In this document: in pieces, positions 1 to 9,955 of the stretch
Position numbering within the stretch: the stretch's first letter is position 1
Layout: each line of letters begins with the position of its first letter
Assembly (NCBI GenBank): GCA_964615995.1
Contig: CAZTSR010000017.1
Span: 4,844-68,843 of the forward strand
Length of the DNA: 64,000 nucleotides
Reading direction: 5' to 3'
Origin: an uncultured Bacteroidales bacterium
GTDB taxonomy: Bacteria; Bacteroidota; Bacteroidia; Bacteroidales; UBA10428
Notes under the pieces: model-generated
Told to the model about the DNA's origin: nothing
Seen by the model: only the letters and a program-made list of their open reading frames with translations
Databases searched by the model: none
Made by a program: the position numbers and the translations under genes

Positions 1-1631
1 TGAAAAAATATTTACACGGAATCTTAATGACATGCTTCATTGTGCTATTCAGCGTCACAATCTTTGCAAACAGTCCCAAAACTGAATTTTATAAATCTGC
101 TTCCTACCAAGATACTCCCGACACCACATTCTGGAAATCCGAAGGATACGGCTACCTGCTGGGTATTTCGGGAAATACTGCAACGCTTTATGACATCACT
201 TCCATCAGTATTGTAAAGACTTTTGAATACCAGTTCGCCGATGGCTTCATTTATATCGACGATCAACCGCTTGGCACCATAGAACTGGGGACAGGTGAAA
301 TCCTTATCAACGTTGGTCAGCAATATACTTTTAAAAAGTGGGATGATGCCAAAACAGTGATTGGCAATCTTGCCATTAAAGAAGACACAGATGACCCGCT
401 TGTGGTCTTCGATGTTTTCTGGCAGACTTTTGAAGAGCACTGTGTGCTGTTCGACATTGCCGGTGTTGACTGGCATGCTGCACGCGAAACTTACCGGCCT
501 GCGATCAACGAAACCACAACAGATGAGGAACTTTTTCTGACGCTGTCGGAAATGATCGAACCACTGAACGATGGCCACACATCAATTGAAATCCCCGGCA
601 CCGGGTTTCAATACAGTCCTGGTCCCGAATACGAAGCATTCTGGATTGAGGATGTGGGTACGATGATTACAAATATCACGGGATACCTCGACCCTGAAGA
701 AATGTCAGCTGCTGCCGGCGGAAGAATATTTTGCGGAAAGACCCCGGAACAGATCGGTTACCTTAATATTGTTTCCATGGACGACCTGGCAGCGGGCTCT
801 GAAGCAGAAAATGTGGCAGTTGTAAAACATGTGATGGATTCGCTTATGGTGGCCTGGAGTGATTGCAAAGGCATCATCATCGACGTCCGCTTAAACGGAG
901 GAGGCTATGATATTGTGTCGAATGCCTTTGCCGGCTATTTTACCGGCACACAGGTGCCTGCATATACGAAATATATCAGAAATGGAGGATATAATGAGTT
1001 CCTTGATCCTTTGCCCTTCTATATTGAACCTGCCGAAGCCGGCTTTTTTGAAGTGCCGGTTTACCTGCTTACCAGCAATTTCACAGCCAGTGCTTCCGAC
1101 GTATTTGCGATGGTGATGAGTGGGTTTCCACAGGTTACGGTTGTGGGAGAACATACCTATGGCATATTTTCCGACAGGCTCGATAAGCTTTTACCGAATG
1201 GCTGGGCATTCAGCCTGTCCAATGAAAAATACCTCTCTGCAGATCAGGTAAATTATGAGCAGCAGGGCATCACCCCCGACGTTGAGTTGGCCATGGATGA
1301 AGATGACTTTAACGCAGGCCGCGATAATGTACTGGAATATGCGTTGAATGAGTTAACGGTATTGTTTTCGGCAACAACAGTCATCCGGAATGAAGTGCAG
1401 GTGAGAAGTTATCCGAATCCTTTTACCGACCAGGTGACCTTTGAATCGAGTGCTGCTGATCCCATATCGCAGGTTGTTGTTTATTCCATGACGGGAGAAA
1501 CAGTGGCTGCATTTTCTGATTTGAATGATCCGGTATTTGAATGGAAGGCATCGGCCCTTCAACCGGGAGTTTATATTTGCAATGTTAGGACAGAGAACAG
1601 TATGAAGACAATGAAATTGGTGAAGCGATAG
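1..1631 (+). CDS. S41-family serine peptidase (C-terminal processing / tricorn-core-like) with a T9SS C-terminal sorting domain. The 5' end is clipped by the window edge.
   Basis: ORF 27..1631. In-frame codons from nt 3 read KKYLHGIL and the window starts with 'tg', so the true ATG is probably cut by one base and gives the signal peptide MKKYLHGILMTCFIVLFSVTIFA. There is an S41-like Ser motif, TSNFTASASDVFAMVM. The last ~80 aa (VRSYPNPFTDQVTF...GVYICNV...MKLVKR) look like a Por/T9SS CTD. Confidence 0.8.
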   Translation, partial: KKYLHGILMTCFIVLFSVTIFANSPKTEFYKSASYQDTPDTTFWKSEGYGYLLGISGNTATLYDITSISIVKTFEYQFADGFIYIDDQPLGTIELGTGEILINVGQQYTFKKWDDAKTVIGNLAIKEDTDDPLVVFDVFWQTFEEHCVLFDIAGVDWHAARETYRPAINETTTDEELFLTLSEMIEPLNDGHTSIEIPGTGFQYSPGPEYEAFWIEDVGTMITNITGYLDPEEMSAAAGGRIFCGKTPEQIGYLNIVSMDDLAAGSEAENVAVVKHVMDSLMVAWSDCKGIIIDVRLNGGGYDIVSNAFAGYFTGTQVPAYTKYIRNGGYNEFLDPLPFYIEPAEAGFFEVPVYLLTSNFTASASDVFAMVMSGFPQVTVVGEHTYGIFSDRLDKLLPNGWAFSLSNEKYLSADQVNYEQQGITPDVELAMDEDDFNAGRDNVLEYALNELTVLFSATTVIRNEVQVRSYPNPFTDQVTFESSAADPISQVVVYSMTGETVAAFSDLNDPVFEWKASALQPGVYICNVRTENSMKTMKLVKR

Positions 1632-1674
1632 TATTCTTGTTCTAAAGGGGCTTTGCCCCTTTAGAACAAGAATA
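1632..1674. terminator. Bidirectional stem-loop between convergent genes
   Basis: Perfect 19-bp stem tattcttgttctaaagggg / cccctttagaacaagaata with a 5-nt loop. It sits exactly between the peptidase stop (1631) and the gnd stop (1683). Confidence 0.75.
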
Positions 1675-1682
1675 TACACAAC

Positions 1683-3137
1683 CTAAGCATTATAGGTTGT
1701 AGACGCCGTATCGCCACCACGGCCGGTCCAGTTGGTATGGAAAAACTGTCCCCTGGGCTTATCCGTCCGCTCATAGGTATGAGCGCCAAAATAATCGCGT
1801 TGTGCCTGCAACAGGTTTGCCGGAAGCCGCTCTGAGCGATAGCCATCGAAATAAGCCAGAGCCGATGACATCGCTGGAACGGGTATCCCCTGCTCCACCG
1901 CTGCAGCAATAACCCTGCGCCATCCTTCCTGTGCTTTAAGCACGGTATTTGTAAAATAAGGATCGAGCAACAGGTTATCGAGTTGTGGATTTTTGTCAAA
2001 TGCTTCCTTTATTTTTCCGAGGAAAGCAGAGCGGATGATGCATCCACCTCTCCACATCAGCGCAATACCGCCATAGTTCAGGTTCCATTTATAATCTGCA
2101 GCAGCTCCCCGCATCAAAGAATACCCCTGTGCATAGGATACAATTTTGGCAGCATAAAGGGCATCGCGGATATCGCTGATCATCGCCTTCCTGTCGCCTT
2201 TGAATGCAGGAACCGTACGTTTCAGTATTGCGGAAGCCTTTACACGTTCATCTTTAAAAGAAGACAAAGAACGGGCAAAAACTGCTTCCACGATCAGTGT
2301 AAGCGGAATACCGAGGTTCAGGGCTTCAATGCCGGTCCATTTGCCCGTGCCCTTCTGACCGGCAGTATCAAGAATTCTCTCTACCAGGGGCTGACCGTCT
2401 GCATCTTTAAAACCCAATATGTCGCGGGTAATTTCAATCAGGTAGCTATTGAGTTCACCATTGTTCCATTCTGCAAAAATGCCATGCATTTCGTCACAAG
2501 TGAGTCCGCATACCTCTTTCATCAGGTGGTAAGCCTCGTTGATCAGCTGCATATCGCCATATTCAATGCCATTGTGTACCATTTTAACAAAATGCCCGGC
2601 GCCGTTCTCTCCTACCCAATCGCAGCAAGGAGTTCCATCTTCAACTTTTGCAGACACAGCCTGGAATATGGGTTTTACATGTTCCCATGCTTTAGCAGAT
2701 CCGCCCGGCATAATGGAAGGACCTCTCAGTGCGCCTTCTTCACCGCCGGAAACGCCAGTTCCTATATACAACAACCCCTTGCTTTCGACATGTTGGGTAC
2801 GCCGTATGGTATCGGGAAAATGGGAATTACCGCCATCAATGATGATATCTCCGGGTTCGAGCATGGGTATCAGTTGTTCGATAAAGTCGTCGACAGGCTG
2901 ACCGGCTTTTACAAGCATCATTACCTTCCGGGGGCGTTTGATGGATTGGACAAAGTCGGCAATGGTACGGGCACCGATGAAATTTTTATCTTTTCCGCGG
3001 CCCTGGAGGAATTTATCTACCTTCTCCACAGAGCGGTTAAACACTGCCACTGTAAATCCCTTGCTTTCCATATTCAGCACCAGGTTTTCTCCCATCACGG
3101 CAAGGCCAATCAATCCAATATCTGCTTTTGCATTCAT
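1683..3137 (-). CDS. gnd: 6-phosphogluconate dehydrogenase (decarboxylating)
   Basis: 484 aa. The N-terminus [23 protein letters not shown] is the Rossmann motif. The full-length pattern is typical of Gnd (…[21 protein letters not shown]…). Confidence 0.97.
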   Translation of the reverse strand: MNAKADIGLIGLAVMGENLVLNMESKGFTVAVFNRSVEKVDKFLQGRGKDKNFIGARTIADFVQSIKRPRKVMMLVKAGQPVDDFIEQLIPMLEPGDIIIDGGNSHFPDTIRRTQHVESKGLLYIGTGVSGGEEGALRGPSIMPGGSAKAWEHVKPIFQAVSAKVEDGTPCCDWVGENGAGHFVKMVHNGIEYGDMQLINEAYHLMKEVCGLTCDEMHGIFAEWNNGELNSYLIEITRDILGFKDADGQPLVERILDTAGQKGTGKWTGIEALNLGIPLTLIVEAVFARSLSSFKDERVKASAILKRTVPAFKGDRKAMISDIRDALYAAKIVSYAQGYSLMRGAAADYKWNLNYGGIALMWRGGCIIRSAFLGKIKEAFDKNPQLDNLLLDPYFTNTVLKAQEGWRRVIAAAVEQGIPVPAMSSALAYFDGYRSERLPANLLQAQRDYFGAHTYERTDKPRGQFFHTNWTGRGGDTASTTYNA

Positions 3138-3162
3138 GTGAAATAAATTTTTGATTTTGTTT

Positions 3163-4293
3163 TTATAGTATCAGGAATCCCATTTTTCGAAGTGTTTTAG
3201 CGACACCCGGATTCGGTAAGTTTTCCAGAACAAGGCTATAGGCTGTAAATTCTCTTCGTAAGGGATAATCCCCCCGTAGTTTTTCGAAGTCGCCTGGATG
3301 TTGGCGCAGCCGCTGATCATCCTGCATCACATCATAAGTGTTCATCACTGCTTTTTCAATGATTGCTTCATCTGACAACCCGTAACAGTTGATTTGCATT
3401 ACCGGATTTTCCGGTTTAGGAATGCTGTCTTCAGGCGTCCAGTCTTCCAGTCCCAGATGAAAAACCTTGCTGAGTTCGCGAACGATCATTGATGTTCCGT
3501 TTGCCTTACCGTCGGCCGAGTAACCTGCAATATGAGGTGTAGCAATGGTGCAGGCATTCAAGAGATCGGAGTCGATATCCGGTTCCTGCTCCCAGACATC
3601 CAAAACAAGGCCTTTCAGCTTATTGCCAGTCAGTGCATTTTTAAGAGCTTTTGTATCTGCAACTTCACCGCGTGATGCGTTGATGATTATGGTTCCGGGA
3701 TTTATGGCAGCAAGAAGGGTATCATCAACCAGATGGTATGTTTTGTCGGTTCCCTGCATATCCAGGGGAACATGAAAGGTAATGATATCGCATTCGCGCA
3801 GAATTCCTTCCATGGAAATAAAACCGCATGCGCCCTGGTTGCGAACCCTGGGCGGGTCGCATAAATACACTTTCATACCCAGCAATTCGGCAGTGTTAAC
3901 AATTCTTGTGCCTACATGACCTACACCAACAACTCCCAGAACGCGATCTTTCAATGAAAATCCCATTTTGCGCGATAATGAAAACAACACCGAAGCAATA
4001 TACTGGTTTACGGAGCGTGCATTGCATCCGGGTGCGTTTTTCCATGTAATGCCATGTGTTTCGCACCAGTGGGTATCAATATGGTCATAGCCAATTGTGG
4101 CAGTTCCAACAAACTGAACATTAGATTTACCCAGTAAGGCCTCATCACAACAGGTACGTGTCCGAACCAGCAAAGCATCGGCATTTCGCAACATGGAATG
4201 ATCGATTTTTTTTCCGGGTACGTACACGACATCTGCATATGGTTCGAGAACGCCCTTAAGAAAAGGGATTTTATCGTCTGCTACAATTTTCAT
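3163..4293 (-). CDS. pdxB: 4-phosphoerythronate dehydrogenase
   Basis: 376 aa and collinear with E. coli PdxB. Matching motifs are [33 protein letters not shown] and a C-terminal dimerisation domain with [16 protein letters not shown]. Confidence 0.9.
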   Translation of the reverse strand: MKIVADDKIPFLKGVLEPYADVVYVPGKKIDHSMLRNADALLVRTRTCCDEALLGKSNVQFVGTATIGYDHIDTHWCETHGITWKNAPGCNARSVNQYIASVLFSLSRKMGFSLKDRVLGVVGVGHVGTRIVNTAELLGMKVYLCDPPRVRNQGACGFISMEGILRECDIITFHVPLDMQGTDKTYHLVDDTLLAAINPGTIIINASRGEVADTKALKNALTGNKLKGLVLDVWEQEPDIDSDLLNACTIATPHIAGYSADGKANGTSMIVRELSKVFHLGLEDWTPEDSIPKPENPVMQINCYGLSDEAIIEKAVMNTYDVMQDDQRLRQHPGDFEKLRGDYPLRREFTAYSLVLENLPNPGVAKTLRKMGFLIL

Positions 4294-5276
4294 GGTTTTA
4301 TCTTTCCTAATATTACATCCAGGATCCAGTTGGTGTGCATGGCACTCAGACTGTTTGAATTTGCAGGTCTGATCCCCTGCAATTCTTCCACCATATTTTT
4401 AATGAATCCGTATTGGATGTGCTCCGGATTCGCCGGAAGAAAAGTTTCCTCACCTTGTGCGGTATTCAACCGGATTGGTGTAAAGTCAAACGTTGAAAAA
4501 ACAACTGATCCCCGGGCGCCGAATATAGTAATTAAATCGATATGTTCTTTTTCGGAGCATGTAAAACACCAGCGGCCGTTTACGGAAACGCCTGATTTGA
4601 AGTCGATCCGGCCCAGCACCGTATCTTCAGCCGGGTATAAACCTGCCTTGTTATATGCTTTTCCGGAAACATCCATGAAATTGCCAAAAAACCATTGCAT
4701 CAGGTCGATCTGATGACAGGCCAGGTCGTAAAAATGTCCCCCACCGGCGATTTCCGGAATTACGCGCCAGGGAAGACGATCTTTATGATATTCTTCCGGC
4801 CGGGGTGATTTATGCATCACGATATCTGCATACAGCATGGTTCCGAGAATCCCGGAATCGAGGATTTCTTTAATTTTTATAAAATAAGGAAGGTACCGGC
4901 GATAATAAGCAACATATAAGGGTTGCCCGGTATGAACAGCTGTTTCATGCATGTTCAGGCAATCGTTATAATGTGCGGCCATCGGCTTTTCAACATAAAC
5001 GGCCTTCCCGCTTTTCAGGGCACGAATGGCATAATCTGTATGGGAAGCAGGAGGAGTGGCAATATAGATGCTGTTAATTTCGGGGTGATTGATGATCTCG
5101 TCAGCATTGGTGAACCACCAGGGCACATGATGCCGGAGGGCATAATCCCTGGCCTTGTCGCCATCACGACGCATGACGGCTACAATTTTTGAACCGGAAA
5201 CCTTATTGAATGCCGGACCGCTCTTGTTTTCGGTGACATCTCCACACCCGATGATGCCCCAGTTAATCTGATTCAT
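4290..5276 (-). CDS. Gfo/Idh/MocA-family NAD(P)-dependent oxidoreductase
   Basis: The N-terminus WGIIGCGDV is the Rossmann motif, and length and layout fit the family. A 4-bp ATGA overlap with pdxB suggests an operon oxidoreductase-pdxB-gnd. Confidence 0.8.
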   Translation of the reverse strand: MNQINWGIIGCGDVTENKSGPAFNKVSGSKIVAVMRRDGDKARDYALRHHVPWWFTNADEIINHPEINSIYIATPPASHTDYAIRALKSGKAVYVEKPMAAHYNDCLNMHETAVHTGQPLYVAYYRRYLPYFIKIKEILDSGILGTMLYADIVMHKSPRPEEYHKDRLPWRVIPEIAGGGHFYDLACHQIDLMQWFFGNFMDVSGKAYNKAGLYPAEDTVLGRIDFKSGVSVNGRWCFTCSEKEHIDLITIFGARGSVVFSTFDFTPIRLNTAQGEETFLPANPEHIQYGFIKNMVEELQGIRPANSNSLSAMHTNWILDVILGKIKP

Positions 5277-5402
5277 TGTACCTTATATGAACATGCGAAT
5301 ATAGTTAAATCAGTTATAAGGTGGGAGCGGATTTGAATATTACCTGGCTATAGGGATAACCCTTTTAATGGTTTTTCGTATTATCTGACATAATCAGAAA
5401 AT

Positions 5403-6185
5403 ATGAAAAGAATCATTTTGTACGCTCTGTTATTTTGCTTGTCGCTGCCGCTGTTTTCAATGTCAGGCACCGATCCTGTAAAGGCGCTCATAAACGATTT
5501 CGTATCGACTGACTGGCCCAGGGTAAGTATAGCAAAAGGACAACTCGAAAATCTTGGCGCTTCTGCCATACCTGAAATCATCAGTCTTCTTGCAAACTGC
5601 AATAACCAGAAACTGCAGCATACAGGTGACCTGATATATCCGGGTGCCGAGAAAGTATATGGTCACGGGCAGATGATTGAATATGATATTGATGTGATCT
5701 GCGTGAGAGCAGGTTGGTTACTGGAGGACCTCACCTTCCGCAATTTTGGATTTTCGGGAGTTCAATTACCTGAAAACGAATTGGAAATTTTCATAAAAAG
5801 TACTTTTTCAGAGTATTACAACCAGCCCGGCAATCCACAAAAAATCAGAACGCTTACAGAAGATGAAAAAAGAATGCTGATCAGGTCGATGAGCATTGAA
5901 AAAGCCAAGGCCTGGTGGCCTGAGGCATCAAAGCAATGGACCCGATTAAGTGCTTTACAGCAGGCTCTTTTAGGCACAGACGAAATCAGTCAGGTCAAAG
6001 CCCTGTTCTATCTCAGAAATGGAAAATCACAGTGTACCGGACTGACCCAAAAATATTATAAATCGAAACTGGCAGGAATTGTTGAAAAGCTCACGAAATC
6101 AAAGACAGACAGAATTTCAGAAAACGCCAAGCTTATTATGCTGGACAGTGATTTTTCGTGGCTTGCATTAAAGCCTGTTCATTAG
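5403..6185 (+). CDS. Hypothetical secreted protein
   Basis: 260-aa ORF with an N-terminal signal peptide (MKRIILYALLFCLSLPLFSMSG). I recognise no family. Confidence 0.6.
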   Translation: MKRIILYALLFCLSLPLFSMSGTDPVKALINDFVSTDWPRVSIAKGQLENLGASAIPEIISLLANCNNQKLQHTGDLIYPGAEKVYGHGQMIEYDIDVICVRAGWLLEDLTFRNFGFSGVQLPENELEIFIKSTFSEYYNQPGNPQKIRTLTEDEKRMLIRSMSIEKAKAWWPEASKQWTRLSALQQALLGTDEISQVKALFYLRNGKSQCTGLTQKYYKSKLAGIVEKLTKSKTDRISENAKLIMLDSDFSWLALKPVH

Positions 6186-6244
6186 TGTTAACAAAATCAT
6201 TTTTACAGAAATATCATTTCTCTAATTTTGAAAAAAAAATACAG

Positions 6245-6637
6245 ATGATGAGGTATATATTTGTGATGATCGCCTTCCTGATCTTTGGGTTTACGAAGGC
6301 AAACGCACAACAGAAAGAAATCTTTATCAAGCAGATTGAATTCAAGCTGGAAAATGTTAGTGCGCAAGCATATGAAAATGAATATTTTATGACCATTAAG
6401 CTGAATAAAGGCACTTCCTACAAATTTAAGATCACCAACCACCGCGACAATTTTGCGGGGAAAGCAGTCATTCAGCTATTGGATGCTGACAATCTGGTTA
6501 TGACAAACTCTTTAGGAGACAAGTATTTTGAAGCCATAGGGTATGTATGCAATAAGACAGCCTTTTACGATATTCTTATCAAATACAAGGATAACAAACC
6601 CGGAAACTCTGTTGTGGATATTGTAATGCTTCAATAG
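6245..6637 (+). CDS. Hypothetical secreted protein
   Basis: The ORF track starts at 6158, but the internal ATG at 6245 gives a clean signal peptide, MMRYIFVMIAFLIFGFTKANA. The 6158 start would overlap the previous gene. Confidence 0.6.
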   Translation: MMRYIFVMIAFLIFGFTKANAQQKEIFIKQIEFKLENVSAQAYENEYFMTIKLNKGTSYKFKITNHRDNFAGKAVIQLLDADNLVMTNSLGDKYFEAIGYVCNKTAFYDILIKYKDNKPGNSVVDIVMLQ

Positions 6638-6640
6638 CAC

Positions 6641-7063
6641 TTAAGGATAACCCTGGCGGATGGAAGCATCCAGATCTTCATTTTCAATTACATAACATTT
6701 TTCATCGCAGGCGTCAGCCACTGATTTTATTTTCAGGTTGGTGCCATCTACCACATACAATACATTTCCCTCGTATTCATATTCAGCTTTCACTGAATAT
6801 TTTTGGTCTACGGGAACATAAACATAAACCGGGGAATAATCCACAGTATCCTGAAGCACAATCTCGTTGTCTTCCATATTGCCTTTGTATACGGTAAAAG
6901 GAACCGTGCGGTATTTATAATTCAGGGTGAGCTTGATAACAAGATCTGCCTTATCCGGCTCATCTGCATAGCATTCATCACAATCCACGTCGCCTGTAAA
7001 GAACTTTTCATCGCAGGATAACAGTGCAAGAATTAAAAATATTCCCAGAATCAGATTCTTCAT
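6641..7063 (-). CDS. Hypothetical lipoprotein
   Basis: 140 aa with a lipobox signal peptide, MKNLILGIFLILALLSCDE. The rest looks like a Cys-containing beta-rich domain. Confidence 0.65.
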   Translation of the reverse strand: MKNLILGIFLILALLSCDEKFFTGDVDCDECYADEPDKADLVIKLTLNYKYRTVPFTVYKGNMEDNEIVLQDTVDYSPVYVYVPVDQKYSVKAEYEYEGNVLYVVDGTNLKIKSVADACDEKCYVIENEDLDASIRQGYP

Positions 7064-7072
7064 AAAGTGTTT

Positions 7073-8596
7073 TTAAAGTTCCGGAATCCGGTTCAACCCT
7101 CTTTTTCTGTTGATCAGGTATTCGATAGAAATGCCGAACCAGTTTTCATTATAACCTTTCATATCCAGGTTCATCCATTCATATCCGAATTTCAGTCTGA
7201 ACCGTGCCAGGTCGAACATACAACCAATACGCGGGTTAAATACTGTCTGGAGTCCCGGATTTTTTTCTGAGCCCTTATAACCTCCAAAAGTCAGCGTTTG
7301 GCTTACGCTGGCATAGGCACGTGCAGAAACATTTGATCCGAAATTCTGATTCAAAAATCCTTTTCCAAGGGTTAATGTTACAAAATGACGTCTCTCCCAA
7401 AACTGATAAGATGTATTTGCATCCTGCCGGTCGAGAACCTGCACTGCTTTGAGCCGGAAAGCATATTCCATATCAGCCATCAGGTGATAACGGCTTTCTG
7501 ATATTCCAAAAGACATTCCGGTATGGGTATCATCGTCGTTAAAGCGCACGGTTGCTCCGAGCGTAAACTGGTTAATATTCGGCTTTCGAAGTACTACTGC
7601 ATTGTTGTTCAACAAAAGGTTCCGGATTGAATCATTTTTGTCGTTCATTACAAACGACAGGATATTGAAGGCAGGGTCAATCCGGACGTTCACGTCAGCA
7701 CCATAGCCAATTAACAGTTTTGAAGCGGCATAATTTCTTTTGGCCACAGCAACAGCAAGCGGTGTATATCCTGAAGAATTTCTTGCATCAACATCTGCTC
7801 CGTTGAGTAACAGAAGTTCTGCAACACTCTTTTTGCCGGCGGCAATCGCATAGTGCAAAGGCGAGTTCCCCTTTTCGTCCACGGCATTTATTTCGGCACC
7901 TGATTCAAGCAGCCGCGCAGATATTTCATACAGTCCATAATTTGCTGCCAGCATCAGCGCAGTTTGGTCTTTACTATTGCTTAGGTTCACCTGTGCCTCA
8001 TAATAGAGAAGCATATCAGGCATATAAAAAGTATCCACCGATATGGCATGCATCAGTGGGGTAACATTATTGATATCGCCCAGATTTACATCTGCACCAT
8101 TTCGTATAAGCATCTCTGCGGTTTCAATAAATCCATTGGCAACGGCTAATATTAAGGCGGTATACCCCTGTTCTGAACGTTCATTCAACTTTGCACCTGC
8201 AGCCAGCAATATAGAACCCGCATTGGTGAAGCCATGCTGAGAAGCAAGCATTAAAGGCGTATACCTATCCCAGGTTTTAATATTAGGATTCACGCCCAGT
8301 TTAAGAAACACCTTGATTTTGGATGTATCTCCTTCATCAGCAGCTTGAAGAAGGAGCTCTTCCGAAGGTCCTAAAGGCCCTGTAGACTCTGTAGACTGAT
8401 CAACTTCATCAGCACCTGCATCAACCGGATTATACTGTCCGTTCAATATTGCAACCTGTGTGCATAGGATTAAAAAAATGATATATAGATACTTTCTCAA
8501 ATCAATAAACAGATTAAGCAGCGGTCGATGCCTTTTTTTTGGTAAATTTAAGAGGATTTTAGCAAGTTTTACAGAACAAGTATTAAAAATCAACAT
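7073..8596 (-). CDS. Ankyrin-repeat protein with a C-terminal beta-barrel-like domain
   Basis: About 7 ankyrin repeats (e.g. TPLMLASQHGFTNAGSILLAAGAKLN, YTALILAVANGFIETAEMLIRNGADVN, SPLHYAIAAGKKSVAELLLLNGADVD). They are followed by ~190 aa of alternating-hydrophobic beta strands (…FRLKFGYEWMNL…WFGISIEYLI). An alternative TTG start at 8500 would give the signal peptide (M)RKYLYIIFLILCTQVAILNG. Confidence 0.8.
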   Translation of the reverse strand: MLIFNTCSVKLAKILLNLPKKRHRPLLNLFIDLRKYLYIIFLILCTQVAILNGQYNPVDAGADEVDQSTESTGPLGPSEELLLQAADEGDTSKIKVFLKLGVNPNIKTWDRYTPLMLASQHGFTNAGSILLAAGAKLNERSEQGYTALILAVANGFIETAEMLIRNGADVNLGDINNVTPLMHAISVDTFYMPDMLLYYEAQVNLSNSKDQTALMLAANYGLYEISARLLESGAEINAVDEKGNSPLHYAIAAGKKSVAELLLLNGADVDARNSSGYTPLAVAVAKRNYAASKLLIGYGADVNVRIDPAFNILSFVMNDKNDSIRNLLLNNNAVVLRKPNINQFTLGATVRFNDDDTHTGMSFGISESRYHLMADMEYAFRLKAVQVLDRQDANTSYQFWERRHFVTLTLGKGFLNQNFGSNVSARAYASVSQTLTFGGYKGSEKNPGLQTVFNPRIGCMFDLARFRLKFGYEWMNLDMKGYNENWFGISIEYLINRKRGLNRIPEL

Positions 8597-8605
8597 TTAT
8601 GGTGT

Positions 8606-9949
8606 ATGGTCAATATTAAGAGAATCAAACATCTCAGAACCGGGCCTTCAGGAATTGGTCCCGTTTTGTACTGGATGAGCCGTGATCAGCGCGTAAATGA
8701 CAACTGGGCTCTGTCGTATGCTATTGAACTGGCAGAAAGCACCCAGAATAATGTAATGGTGTTGTTTAACCTCTCAGACACTTTTTTAGGAGCCACCTGG
8801 AGGCAGTATGATTTTATGATAAAAGGTCTGAAGCGTGTTGAAACCCACCTTAAAAAACTGAATATCCCTTTTACAGTGCTTCTTGGATCACCTGAGCTGA
8901 ACCTGCCCAATTTTATCAGGCAGAATCGGATCAGCCATCTGGTTACTGATTTTGATCCGTTACGAATTAAGCGGGAATGGCAGGACAAGGTAGCAGCGCT
9001 GACAGATATACCTTTTGATGTTGTAGATACCCATAACATTGTTCCATGCTTTCTGGCTTCAGAAAAGGAAGAATTTTCCGCAGCGCATTTCCGGAAGAAA
9101 ATAAAGAAGCAGTTGCCGGAATTTCTGGATATTTTCCCTCCCATCCTTAAACAGCAAGGGACACCTTCGTTGATGCGTATTAACTGGGCATCGATTGAAA
9201 TAGCACTCAAAACAGACCGGACCGTTAAGCCGGTCGACCGGATTGTTCCCGGCGAGACGACAGCATTGAATGTGCTTGAAAAATTCATCGATGAACGCTT
9301 ACCTGCCTATGCTACCGGCAAAAACAATCCGAATGAGGAAGCGGTGTCCGGCTTATCTCCTTATCTTCATTTCGGGCACATTTCAGCTCAAAGGATTGCC
9401 ATTGAGATCATAAACCGCTACGGGAGGGATGAACACATTGAATCGTTTCTTGATGAGTTAATTGTACGCAGAGAACTGGCCGATAATTTTTGCTACTACA
9501 ATTCCCATTATGATTCAGTTGCAGGATTCAAACCCTGGGCGCTTGAAACACTGGACAAGCACAGGATGGATCGCAGGAAGTATATTTATTCGGCCGGTGA
9601 GTTTGAAAGTGCTGCAACGCATGATGATTTATGGAATGCAGCACAGAACCAAATGAAAGTTCAGGGCCAGATGCATGGGTATATGCGGATGTACTGGGCA
9701 AAGAAAATTCTTGAATGGTCAGAGAATCCCGAAGAAGCTTTGAAAATTGCCATTTTCCTAAATGACAAATTCCAGCTTGACGGACGCGATCCGAATGGAT
9801 ATGCAGGTTGTGCATGGTCGATCGGAGGGATACATGACCGGCCCTGGCCAGAGCGGGAAATATTCGGTAACATACGGTTTATGAACCGTTCGGGATGTGA
9901 AAGAAAATTTGATGCAGCCCGTTATATTGCAAAAAACCAGCCCAAATAG
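8606..9949 (+). CDS. Deoxyribodipyrimidine (CPD) photolyase, class II type
   Basis: 447 aa. Motifs are YWMSRDQRVNDNWAL near the N-terminus, LSPYLHFGHIS, and a C-terminal MHGYMRMYWAKKILEW…DPNGYAGCAWSIGG that is typical of class II enzymes. Confidence 0.88.
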   Translation: MVNIKRIKHLRTGPSGIGPVLYWMSRDQRVNDNWALSYAIELAESTQNNVMVLFNLSDTFLGATWRQYDFMIKGLKRVETHLKKLNIPFTVLLGSPELNLPNFIRQNRISHLVTDFDPLRIKREWQDKVAALTDIPFDVVDTHNIVPCFLASEKEEFSAAHFRKKIKKQLPEFLDIFPPILKQQGTPSLMRINWASIEIALKTDRTVKPVDRIVPGETTALNVLEKFIDERLPAYATGKNNPNEEAVSGLSPYLHFGHISAQRIAIEIINRYGRDEHIESFLDELIVRRELADNFCYYNSHYDSVAGFKPWALETLDKHRMDRRKYIYSAGEFESAATHDDLWNAAQNQMKVQGQMHGYMRMYWAKKILEWSENPEEALKIAIFLNDKFQLDGRDPNGYAGCAWSIGGIHDRPWPEREIFGNIRFMNRSGCERKFDAARYIAKNQPK

Positions 9950-9955
9950 CCGGCA

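Noticed and set aside
1983-3146. 387-aa plus-strand ORF
   Set aside because: It is fully antisense to the unambiguous gnd gene. Its composition is low-complexity and frame-shadow-like, and it has no recognisable motifs.
6158-6244. N-terminal extension of the 6158..6637 ORF
   Set aside because: The extension overlaps the previous gene and lacks signal-peptide character. The internal ATG at 6245 gives a canonical signal peptide.
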